DNA from: Bispira polyomma
Taxonomy: Eukaryota
NCBI GenBank assembly: GCA_965649765.1
Contig: OZ287757.1
Coordinates: 372,001-436,000 of the forward strand
DNA: 64,000 nt
Direction of reading: 5' to 3'
Positions 11,781 through 22,190 of this stretch are shown here, piece after piece (the first letter of the stretch is position 1; the number at the start of each line of letters is the position of its first letter). The notes below the pieces were generated by a model that saw only the letters and a program-made list of their open reading frames with translations, made no database searches and had not been told where the DNA came from. Made by a program: the position numbers and the translations under genes.

Positions 11781-14570
11781 TCACAAGTTATGTAATATAG
11801 GACCCCACTTTTCATGATAAAGTTTTAAACATTTTCCATTTCTCTCTAATAAAATTTTTTCCAATTTTGCATGATGACTTATAATTCTTATAGCATTTTC
11901 TACTTGAAGAGAACTTTCTAAACATTTTATTTTATATACATATTTTTTTACTATATTTATAACATGGTTCACAAGCAGTGTAAATTTAGTAGATATATAT
12001 CCCAGTAAAATTGTTTGGCTGTTTAGAATTTCTTCACTTATTATATTTTAAAAAGTTTTGACTACAGCACAAAACCAGAAAAAGTGTTCTATTGTTGTGT
12101 TTACTTTACAGAAATAACATCTGTCCATGTTAGTTAGTCTACAGCGATACAAGTATTTGTTTGTGGGAGTAACACATAAAAGTAATTTATATTGAAAAGC
12201 TCTCATTTTGCTTTCTATCGTGCATTTAAAGTTATTTAAATGATACCAGTTCCACTCTTCATCAGTAATTGGTTTATCAAAGATAGAGTTCCATTTTTAA
12301 AAATGATTGCGTTCAAAATTCACTTTTGTCAATAGGAACTGATAACAGTCTTTACAACATGTTTTCATGTTTAACAAAACTTTAAGTGGTTTCTGAAGCG
12401 AGATTTTTTCAATAAATGTTGTTTTAAATTGTTTCCAGTCTCTGGGAACACTATGCATCAGGCTATAGAAATCCACAAAATTAAGGGTAAAGTTGTAGTA
12501 ATTACAGAAACCTTCAAACCCAAAGAGGTTTCCATGAAGGTCAAAGAGATCGTTAATATATATTATACCTGCTTCCTCATATAACTTTCATTTTATTATG
12601 ATATTCTTGTTTTTCATAAAAAAGTACCGAAAAGGGGGTATGTCCTTGGATTAATTTCAACTATAAAAAACTGTTTGAAGTCTATCCAAGCACAGACAAC
12701 ATCTTTCCAGAATGGATTTTTCAAGGTTTTCTTTAAATGGTCTAGAGATTTTAAGTCTAATTCCCATATACATTTTTTATTGAGTTCAAATGACAAATGT
12801 CATAATTTAGACTTTCTAACTCAGCAAGTTCAACACTAAAACATATACCAAGAACAACAAATTTCTAAACCCACTTCAATCCTAAGTTTTGACAGATACA
12901 TTCTTTCATATTCTTTCCCCTCCCTAGCCATACTTCTTGGGTTTTCTCTAGATTTATACAGAGACCAGAACACAATGAAAAATCATTTAAGATGTTTATG
13001 CTTTCAATTAAAGATTCTTCAGAACCATCTAACAATAGAAAAGTATCGTCTGCAAACTGAGTTATTTTGATAGCACCAATCTTCATTGGAATACCATTTA
13101 TTTTTGAATTCTGCTTAATTGCCATCGCAAGAGACTCTATTGTGAGTAAAAAGACATAAGAACTCAGAGGATCACCTTGTCTACACGACCTGTGCAGTTT
13201 AAAAAAATTGGAAAAATGTCCATTATTTATAACACAACTACAGGAGTTTTTATAAATGACCTTAAACCACCTTATAAAATCATTGCCAAAATTATATTTG
13301 ATCCAGGCTTCATTAATATAGTTTCACTCAACAGAATGTAAGGCCTTTTCAAAGTCAATTTGAAGCAGCATACCAAGTTTATTGTTTTCCTCTAGATAGT
13401 GCATTGTGTCAAACAAGGTTCTTATATTTTCCCCTATGTATCTATTTTTTAAGAAACCTTTTTGCTCAGTATTGATACTATTTGGTAAAACTTGCTTCAA
13501 TCTGAAAGCTAAGACTCCTGAAAGTAGTTTGTAATCTACATTCAGTAGTGAGATAGGTCTCCAGTTTTTAACAAACTCTCTAGGTTTGTTGCCTTTAGGC
13601 AATAATGTAATAATACTTTGTTTCTGGGTTATTGAAAGTTCACCCATTTCAAAGCCTTCGTTCAAGCTGTTCAAAACATGTCGGTTCAAGCCATTCCAGA
13701 AAAATTTATAAAATTCTGCTGGGAACCCATCTGTGCCAGGTGATTTGCCATTTTGCATGTGTTTTAGGACCAAGTAAAGTTCAGACAAAGATATTTTTCC
13801 TTCACATTTACTTTTGTCATCGTCTGAGATTTGCCTAATGAATTCTTTCTTCAGGAAAATTTTTTGATACTGATTGGATTCCTGCGTATATTTTGATTGA
13901 TATAGTTTGCTATAATATGTCATCAACTCCTTCAGAATTGACTTTTGATCTGTGAGTACGTTTTGGCCATTGTTTAACCTACCAATTAACTTATTCACAT
14001 AATTTCGCTTTTCCAAATTACAAAAATAACTTGATGGTTTTTCCATTGATTCCTATATTTTGGCTTTTGATCTAATCAGAGCACCGCTTAATTTGTCTTG
14101 TCTTATTAATTTTAACTCCTGTATCTGCATTTCTAAAATATTTCTCACTTTTAACCTTATTTCATCAGAAATATCGACCTTGGTCAATTGTTTCTCTAAA
14201 TCCTCAATCATTTTCACTAAAGACATTTGTTTTTCAGACATTTCTTTTTGTACAACATCTTTAATTACTTTCTTTACTATAGCTACATTTATTTCATCTC
14301 TCAAAAGTGAGGTGTTAAATTTCCAGAAGCCCCTGCCTCTTGATATTTCATGAAATTCAATATCTATTCCAATAAAAGAGTGATCACTTCTATATCCTTA
14401 TGAAATATATTGCTTAACTACTTTTGCATGAATGTCAGGTGTCATGAAAAAGAAATCTAGTCTAGACAATTTGACTGGCCTGCTACCATTACGCCAGGTG
14501 TACTTTCTGTCATTTGGGTGTAAACTTCTCCATGTGTCAATTAGGTCTAAAACTTCCATAACAATCTTGT
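11781..14570 (-). pseudogene. L1/Tx1 ORF2 (endonuclease C-terminus, RT, C-terminal zinc-binding region)
   Basis: Motifs YTWRNG..SRLDFF..SDH, GKSPGTDGFPAEFYKFFW, NWRPISLLNVDYK, QFADD. Stops, frameshifts and internal deletions. Confidence 0.92.
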
Positions 14571-14774
14571 AATGTGTATCTCTTTCCCCTGTAAATTAGC
14601 TTGTCCCTTTGGAGAAACACGTTTGTGTCCTTTTCTTTGGCTATTTTCAAAACTTGCCTCAAGTGGTATCTTTTAGATTTAGTTACCTCTGGAAAGTCTA
14701 AACTTATACCCAAACATGTTATTGTTCCACTCCTATTTCTTGTAACCCTTGAACCTGCTGTATTTTCCCACAAC

Positions 14775-15653
14775 AGTAGTAGACCGGTATCGACGGTAGA
14801 CACCCCGGTTGGCTACGATAGACCCCGTGCTTTGCTTAATAGACCCCCCTATCTGCTATGGTACACCCCGCGCTTTGCTCAGACAGAAGTTAAGAAGTCA
14901 AAAGCTGCAGTCAATTATTTATGGTAAACCCAACGCTCTGCTCGGTAGACACCCCGGTTGGCTACGATAAACCCCTCTTTCTAGAATTATGCTAAATGTT
15001 TACACATCTGCTTACCTAAGTCAAGAAGTCACAGTAAACATTTTAAATTTTAAAAAGAAGTAATATTGATCTCCAGTTCATCTACTTTGTAGTGTAGAAG
15101 TCGGGAAGTCACACTGAAAAAGGTAACTCTGCTCAGCTGCTTACCTAAGTCAAGAAGTCAAGAATTATGCTAAACGTTTACACATCTGCTTACCTAAGTC
15201 AAGAAGTCACTGTGAACGCTTTAAATCTTGTTTTATTAAACCACACACTTTGTTCAGTAAGTGGTAAACCCAAACCTCTACTCGATACCTCTGGATTTTT
15301 TTTTAAAGTTGAAAAGTCAAGAGTCATTGAAGGGTTTACTGTATGCTTACCCAAGAAGTCAAGAAGTTAGTGTAAACATTTTAAACCATTTAAAGGTTTT
15401 TGCCTCCCACAAGAAATTACAGTAAACAAAGTGTAAGACGTCAACAAGTCACAGAAGAAGGATTTGGTGTGAATTTTTATCTTCTAACATAAGTTTGGAA
15501 ATCAAGAAGTCACAGTGAAAACTGGGTAGAAGTCGAGATTTCAGTTTTACGGAATCAATAAGAGTCAATATCTTAAAGTTAAATGAACCTAAACCTTGTA
15601 GCCAGACCTCCGCTAACATCAAATTCTACAAATTCACCTCAGATTAAGCTCAA
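14775..15653 (+). repeat. Left terminal inverted repeat
   Basis: Reverse complement of 20539-21434; about 8 substitutions in the first ~230 bp. Confidence 0.95.
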
Positions 15654-15905
15654 ATTCTATAGATTTACCTTAGATTAAGCTCTAACCCCAGATCAAGGTT
15701 TACTTCACATTGAACATAGACCTCTCTCTAAATGTCAAAATTCTATAATTCCAACAATACAAATCTGTTTATGAAGGTATCTTTAGGTTAAATCATGTAA
15801 CATTGAGTTTGTAAAGGGTAAAGTACTTTCAAGGGGTTTCTACTGTAACATACTAACTTATGGGTGAATAAATGGGGTCTATTCAGTTCTATTGAAAATA
15901 TTTAT

Positions 15906-15970
15906 TATAAAAGGTTGTAGTATTTCTCATGTCTTCAGTGTTGCTAACATCTGTACACAATTGTGTTGAA
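15906..15970 (+). promoter_or_regulatory. Pol II core promoter and non-coding first exon of the element's plus-strand gene
   Basis: TATAAAAG at 15906-15913, initiator TCAGT at 15935-15939 (~31 nt downstream), donor GTAATT at 15971, acceptor CAG ending 16020. Confidence 0.6.
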
Positions 15971-16024
15971 GTAATTAAAACAACCAAGGAGTGATATTGT
16001 GTGTTTATTAATTAATACAGGACT

Positions 16025-17567
16025 ATGGCTTCAATGTAAGTATTCTAATATTTTTCTAGTTTGGCATTATGATTGAATGATTTAACTAATATTGAGATAA
16101 TTTATTTATAAATTATCAACAATTCTGTGTTATTGTTAATCTATATGCAGTTAGAGGATAAGAGTTTAAATGTAAGTATTCTAGGATTCATCTATTTTTG
16201 AACGATTAACATAAGGAGTGAGTATAGATACAATGTGAATTAATTCATGATTTACTATTCTAATTTAGGGTGTTAATATTTTAGGAAAAGAAAAAATAAT
16301 GATGACGGGAAAGATAACTCTAACAATAGGAAAGGTGGAAAAAAACCAAAAAGGTAATAGTTTCTTGTCTTGTTTTTGAGGGGTGGTTGAGATATTATTG
16401 TAACGTTTTCACATATATATTGGTGAATATTTCAGTGATATACATAAATATACATTACTACAACCAAACAAAGGTGTATTATATATAATATATGAACACC
16501 ATATATACAACATATACTATATGTGGACATAGGATATCTATAATGTTCACAAACATTAGACATTACAAAATAGTTGGGATTTTATATATAATATCAATCA
16601 GTTGGTAAATTATAATGTAAATAGCTAACATAAGAAAATGTTAATTTTGACAGCTCCCTCTTTGATGATGATTATTCTGAGGAGGAAGAGGAGGACTCTG
16701 ACTTAGATTTGACGTTAGTAGAGTCGTTTACGGCTCTAAAGACTCCTTCTAAAAAGGGAAAAATGACTAAACCAAAAGGAAGAGGGAAGACACCTGCGGT
16801 TCATCTATTAGAGAGGATGGCAGAAGCTATCGAACCACCAACCAGACTGACCACTGGCGCCTGCAATATACAAGAGGAACCACAACCCTGTCAATCTACG
16901 ACCGTGTCAAGTACTACACCAACAAGGTAAGGATATATGTAGTATTAATTCATCCAACTAGCACAGAGTGGCTATGTATATTTTCTATATAATTAATACA
17001 TATATACTGTTGGTCTATATAAATAGCAATACAATATATATAATCTAGTAATATATGTATATTTCTATATAATTAATACATATATACTGTTGGTCTGTAT
17101 AACTTATAATACAATATATAATATATGTTTATATACAATCTAGTAATGATTAAAAGATATTACAAAAAAATATTCAATTTGTGTTTACCACTTTCGTGGA
17201 AAGGATTAACGATGACCTTAGTCTACAAAGAGATTATGATGAAGGAGAGACAACTCTTCTAGTGCGTTACAGGACAGATGCTATCCGATTGTACCAGGAA
17301 CATCTACAAATTCTCTTAAATAACATATCACAGTTAACTGCAGCGGTTCAGAGAGCTCGTGATGACAGACGAGTGTCAATGATGCTGGAATTGGGTGATG
17401 GTATCCGAGCAGCTGTCACAACCAACTTTCCCTATGTTTCTGTGCGCCGTTTCCACAAAAATTACAAGGGTCAGGACATTCCTGTCCAACATAAAGGATT
17501 CCTTTTTCTCTTTGAAGATATTGAACTCTTTGCTCAAAGCCTCAGAGCCTTCTTGAATAGGTTTTAA
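16025..17567 (+). CDS. Spliced 238-aa protein with basic NLS-like N-terminus, acidic tract and PC4-like (ssDNA-binding fold) C-terminus; exons 16025-16035, 16285-16353, 16654-16926, 17204-17567
   Basis: All three introns are GT-AG phase 2 and join in frame: MASMKRKNNDDG...SLFDDDYSEEEEEDSD...YVSVRRFHKNYKGQDIPVQHKGF. The PC4 call is by motif only. Confidence 0.7.
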
Positions 17568-17888
17568 ACCTAATGGATGTTGTGTTAAAGACAGTTTAAT
17601 AGGATTTATTGGGGATATTAATTTTGGTATAGATACTAACTGTGAACCATCGTTGGATTGATGTGGTGATACTGAAGTATTAGTGGTATCACTTGTTACA
17701 TTAACAGACTCATTCAACGGAGTGTCACCCTTCTTGTTAGAAGGAAGTAACTGAGTAGTAGTTTCTTGTTTAGGTTTTATTAGTGGTATGTCCTTATCAT
17801 CAATATTGGTTTGACTTGATTGAAGGTCTGTTCCTTTCCCCAGCAACCTTTGATACTTTTCAAATGGTACTAAAACTAATTTCTTCAT
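17376..17888 (-). CDS. Polinton-type hypothetical protein (MKKLVLVPFEKYQRL N-terminus), probably truncated or chimeric past ~17570
   Basis: Its ATG overlaps the previous stop (ATGA). The N-terminal motif resembles ORFs I recall downstream of Polinton ATPases. Its 3' end runs antisense over the plus-strand gene. Confidence 0.55.
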   Translation of the reverse strand: MKKLVLVPFEKYQRLLGKGTDLQSSQTNIDDKDIPLIKPKQETTTQLLPSNKKGDTPLNESVNVTSDTTNTSVSPHQSNDGSQLVSIPKLISPINPIKLSLTQHPLGLKPIQEGSEALSKEFNIFKEKKESFMLDRNVLTLVIFVETAHRNIGKVGCDSCSDTITQFQHH

Positions 17889-18202
17889 TTTAATAAACTT
17901 AAAAGTTGTGTCTTGAAAGATTGTAAAAGTCTCAAAAGACTTAGTTTACGAGTTGTAATCAATTTTTTTTTCCTATTATTGGAGGTGTTTTTACTGGATA
18001 GTTTCCTTAAAATAGATTTCTTTCTTTTAACAATTCCGTTTTGTTTTTTTGTCAAAGATATATTTAATAAGTTTTCAGCAATTTCACTTATGAGATTGAC
18101 TTGATCAAGAGAAATAGTGTCTAGTAAAGCTTTTGCTTGAGGGTGAGACCCATTTAAGATTAACACAAGGTACTCCTGATGTTTCTTTACATTAGAAACC
18201 AT
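17885..18202 (-). CDS. Small basic Polinton-type protein, 105 aa (candidate DNA-binding core protein)
   Basis: Intact ORF directly after the ATPase, Lys/Arg-rich C-terminal half. The pattern LISEIAENLL..I.L...Q...K..LRKL...TS...KK resembles the small ORF beside Polinton ATPases (recollection, not searched). Confidence 0.65.
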   Translation of the reverse strand: MVSNVKKHQEYLVLILNGSHPQAKALLDTISLDQVNLISEIAENLLNISLTKKQNGIVKRKKSILRKLSSKNTSNNRKKKLITTRKLSLLRLLQSFKTQLLSLLK

Positions 18203-18252
18203 CCTTCTACATTATAGTTTGGCTTGTAACTAATGGTGAGAATTATTTTCAT

Positions 18253-18884
18253 CTATTGATATACTATAGTTGGAAGCTCATCTGGAAATATATTTGTTTT
18301 TAACCTATAAGCCTCATCAGCTTTGGGAGATAGGTCAACAACTAGATATCCATAAGGATTATTCAAAGCATCAATGTAAGCATCTTTTAATATCTTTTTC
18401 ATCCCTATTTGTTGACCTAATAAAGCAACCTGTTGAATATTTCTTGGATTTTTCAGCAAAATTGTGTAAGCGGTATTAAGATTGAGAGTTCTAGCACATT
18501 TACCCTGATAAAACAAGTTTTGATTGATATATACAACAGAAATATTATTGTGATGACTTAACTGAGTGAAAAGTCTCTCAGCTTCAGAGCTTTTGCTACA
18601 GCATGTTGAAGGTCATCTAAACATATGATATGATGGTTTGAATCACTAATATCTTTTATTTGAGCTTTGGTTGGCATTCCTTCTATAAATTCTATAGATT
18701 AAGTTTTTTCAAACTGATCAAAAAGAGATTGCCAAACAGAGTAACAATATAATATTCTGCTAGGTGGATGTACAAACATTACATCTTTCTGCTGTAATAA
18801 TTTATACAACCAAGATGTTTTACCACTACCAGTCATCCCTGAAATGATCCAAGTACATGGAGATTGAAATTTAACAATGTCCAT
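18253..18884 (-). pseudogene. A32/FtsK-like DNA packaging ATPase (Polinton/adintovirus type)
   Basis: Walker A SGMTGSGKT, Walker B IICLDD, then LFTQLSHH, QNLF, RTLNLN, KNPR. One in-frame TAA at 18699-18701 and a 1-nt deletion in the A-run near 18591-18594. Confidence 0.92.
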
Positions 18885-18901
18885 GGGTACATGTCAATCA
18901 A

Positions 18902-19058
18902 AAAAGTATACTAGTAACTAATATTTATTATACTCATATATATACTAGTTTACTGATAGGATTACACAGGTAAGTAAGAAAAGTATACTGGTAACTAATA
19001 TTTATTATACTCATATATATACTAGTTTACTGATAGGTTTACACAGGTAAGTAAGAAT
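18902..19058. repeat. ~77-bp tandem duplication upstream of the ATPase
   Basis: Two near-identical units; the copy at ~360-450 has only one unit. Confidence 0.85.
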
Positions 19059-19145
19059 AATAGAGTGCGAATAGAATAATCTAACACTATAAATCAGTAA
19101 AAACAAACCAAAACCAAGTGTATGATAATATATGTGTACAGTTTA

Positions 19146-19739
19146 TTAGGTATTGTCACTTTTTTCTTTTACTTCTTCTGATATTTTATTTAAATCATTG
19201 TCACTTGTGTCTACTTCCGCTGACTCGGTTATTTCTGGTAAGCTCTTAGTGTTGTCCACTTCTGAGGTCTCTTCTACTTCTTTGGGTAAACCATTTGGAC
19301 AGCACATAGGACATGTAAAATAATCCTCTTGATTAGAATGTAAGGAAACTACACAGGGTTGTTCTGCATCGATTTGACCAAAAATATCCAATAATCTAAG
19401 CCATTGGTCAAATTTCAGTGATATACCATCTTTCGTTGGTAAAGCAAGTCCACCAAACCTAACAAAATGTCTGATCTGCACACATTTGAATGGGGATTGT
19501 AGATAAACAAATACATTATCCTCCAGTGATATATAAAATTCAGTAACATAGTTCTTATGACAAATTTGTCTAAGTTGGCTGGATAATGTGTCCAAATATC
19601 CCTTTAACTTTGTATATTTCAATGAGGTCAGACACAATTTATTGTCATCAGACTTTAAAATAAGAGTAAAATCACACCCTCCACTACCTCGAAGTTCCAC
19701 ATATTTATGTTCTTCTACATCAATTACATAGGTAGACAT
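19146..19739 (-). CDS. PC4-like ssDNA-binding protein with H/C-x2-C metal motif and acidic tail, 197 aa
   Basis: VQIRHFVRFGGLALPTKDGISLKFDQWLRL matches the PC4/Sub1 signature IR.F.....P...GISL...QW..L. Also HSNQ..FTCPMCCP. The stop overlaps AATAAA. Confidence 0.8.
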   Translation of the reverse strand: MSTYVIDVEEHKYVELRGSGGCDFTLILKSDDNKLCLTSLKYTKLKGYLDTLSSQLRQICHKNYVTEFYISLEDNVFVYLQSPFKCVQIRHFVRFGGLALPTKDGISLKFDQWLRLLDIFGQIDAEQPCVVSLHSNQEDYFTCPMCCPNGLPKEVEETSEVDNTKSLPEITESAEVDTSDNDLNKISEEVKEKSDNT

Positions 19740-19747
19740 TTGGTTAC

Positions 19748-20173
19748 TCAAACTTTTTCTTGAGAAGGAAACAAATATTTCAAAAAAGCACAACTTCCAG
19801 CTGAATGACGTCTGTGCTCGTAGAATACATCCTCAAACGCATCCCAAGAGTATAACACTACATTACACCAAGCACACTTACAGTGATCACCTTTTCCAAC
19901 ATAATACAACCCAGCTTTTGCTAACTGTTCAGGTCTAATAGGATGACTTTTAGGCCAAAACCTAAATGTTTTGATTCTATTATCATAAAAATGATAATAT
20001 TCGGTTGGAGTCTCGTATGTAAAACAGAATCCAGGAGATTTCTTTGTACTTGAACTGTGAGAACGAAATCCGCTACAATCTTCTGTGTCAGCACTTTTGC
20101 CTGAAGAAGCACTGGAACAAAGAGAAAATCCACCGGTAAAACCCTGTTCTTTAACACTGTCAGATTGGTCCAT
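19748..20173 (-). CDS. Single-BIR inhibitor-of-apoptosis (IAP)-like protein, 141 aa, no RING
   Basis: RIKTFRFWP...LAKAGLYYVGKGDHCKCAWC...W...D...EHRRH...CAF is a complete BIR with CCHC zinc ligands. Intronless. Confidence 0.92.
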   Translation of the reverse strand: MDQSDSVKEQGFTGGFSLCSSASSGKSADTEDCSGFRSHSSSTKKSPGFCFTYETPTEYYHFYDNRIKTFRFWPKSHPIRPEQLAKAGLYYVGKGDHCKCAWCNVVLYSWDAFEDVFYEHRRHSAGSCAFLKYLFPSQEKV

Positions 20174-20538
20174 TATTACAATATTTGTTGACTAGATAAG
20201 TCAGGTTATACTTTTATGCTGTCAACATTTGATCCCCAAGGTCTATTTCAATACAAAATGTTAGGGTATTGTAACTCCTCAAGGCTACACACAATAATTT
20301 AAAACCTTGAGGTTATAGAATTATAAAGGATAATTTAATATTATTGTCTCCTTAACTTTGCTGAACATTTAGCAGGGTTTACCGTTTCCACTGTGACTTC
20401 CAGACTTCTACACTACAAATAAGTTAAAAAATTTAAAGCGTTTACCGTGACTTCTCAACTTCTTGACTTTTGAAGTGAGTTCTTGAGTATTCTGAGCAGA
20501 GTTACCGTTTTCGGTGTGACTTCCCGACTTCTACACTG

Positions 20539-21434
20539 TTGAGCTTAATCTGAGGTGAATTTGTAGAATTTGACGTTAGCGGAGGTCTGGCTACAAGGTT
20601 TAGGTTCATTTAACTTTAAGATATTGACTCTTATTGACTCCGTAAAACTGAAATCTCGACTTCTACCCAGTTTTCACTGTGACTTCTTGACTTCCAAACT
20701 TATGTTAGAAGATAAAAATTCACACCAAATCCTTCTTCTGTGACTTGTTGACGTCTTGCACTTTGTTTACTGTAATTTCTTGTGGGAGGCAAAAACCTTT
20801 AAATGGTTTAAAACGTTTACACTAACTTCTTGACTTCTTGGGTAAGCATACAGTAAACCCTTCAATGACTCTTGACTTTTCAACTTTTAAAAAAAAATCC
20901 AGAGGTATCGAGTAGAGGTTTGGGTTTACCACTTACTGAGCAAAGCGTGTGGTTTAATAAAACAAGATTTAAAGCGTTCACAGTGACTTCTTGACTTCTT
21001 GACTTAGGTAAGCAGATGTGTAAACGTTTAGCATAATTCTTGACTTCTTGACTTAGGTGAGCAGCTGAGCAGAGTTACCTTTTTCAGTGTGACTTCCCGA
21101 CTTCTACACTACAAAGTGAATGAACTCGAGATCAATATTACTTCTTTTTAAAATTTAAAATGTTTACTGTGACTTCTTGACTTCTTGACTTAGGTAAGCA
21201 GATGTGTAAACGTTTAGCATAATTCTAGAAAGAAGGGTTTATTGTAGCCGACCGGGGTGTCTACCGAGCAGAGCGTTGGGTTTACCATAAATAATTGACT
21301 GCAGCTTTTGACGTCTTAACTTCTGTCTGAGCAAAGCGCGGGGTGTACCATAGCAGATAGGGGGGTCTATTAAGCAAAGCGCGGGGTCTATCGTAGCCAA
21401 CCGGGGTGTCTACAGGCGATACCGGTCTACTACC
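20539..21434 (-). repeat. Right terminal inverted repeat
   Basis: Matches the left TIR, with two extra 9-bp gacttcttg-type units. Confidence 0.95.
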
Positions 21435-22190
21435 CACAACAGTTTTCACTGCTTTAATACTAACTCTGCATCAGGGTAAAAGTGAAATATCACCAGAATC
21501 GGTCGAAGCATAGTGATATGGTCTTGTTTTCTACCAATTCTGTGTGCTCTGACTAGTCTTATTCTTGACCGGGCATCTTCAATGTTTAATTTTTGTTCCA
21601 AAATTTGGTAAATAATGTTTGTTACATCTTCTTTCATTCCAGCTGTTTCTTTGACACCATAGAATACCAAGTTTTCTCTTCTAGAATATGATTCCAAATC
21701 TAATAACTTTGTTTCTAGATGATGTATTTTATTTTTCAGCAACTGTTCTGTACCGGTATGGCTTGCGGTTAGCTGTTTATACTCTATCGTTTCCACCTTA
21801 CCTTTCAATTCATCAATGTCTTTGTGTGATTATTCCAAAGAGGACTTTACATCACTAATCTTATTTTCAGCCTTTGCCAAATCGTTCTTAAGCATTGTGA
21901 TGTCTTTACTGTTTGCATCAACAACACACTTTATTTCTGTTACTTTCTGTGCCAACTTGTCCAGGGTATCATTCATCTTCTCTACTGGCTCCAGTTTTGT
22001 TAAAATAGTCTTGCATCACTTTGGTTTCCTACACTAACTGACTCAGCCATAGTCTCTTTAAGATCTTTGTTCCTTGTTTCAAAAAATCACAAATAGACCC
22101 TTTGCTCTTCTTTTGTAGAGGACTTAGTTTATGCGATTGTCTTTTACTGTTCGAACCACTTTTATTACATTTTATTCCTTTTTCCATAGT
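21435..22190 (-). pseudogene. L1/Tx1 ORF1, 5' part (3' part at ~14570-14774)
   Basis: Coiled coil followed by LESYSRRENLVFYGVKE...RAHRIGR..RPILVIF (RRM-type ORF1). Joins in frame to LLWENTAG...ISLDFP after removing the insertion. Confidence 0.85.

Larger units (their letters stand above)
14775..21434. mobile_element. Non-autonomous mini Polinton/Maverick (adintovirus)-like element, ~6.66 kb
   Basis: ~880-bp TIRs. TSD is CACAAC (6 bp, AGTAGT terminus with one terminal mismatch) or CCACAACA (8 bp). Carries an A32-type packaging ATPase; lacks pPolB, integrase, protease and capsid genes. Confidence 0.9.

Noticed and set aside
14537-14927. ORFs spanning the left element junction
   Set aside because: Chimeras of L1 ORF1 and TIR sequence.
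14775-21434. Reading the element as a baculovirus/nudivirus insertion because of the IAP
   Set aside because: Long TIRs, AGT-type termini, TSD and the ATPase motifs fit Polinton/adintovirus; no baculovirus core genes are present.
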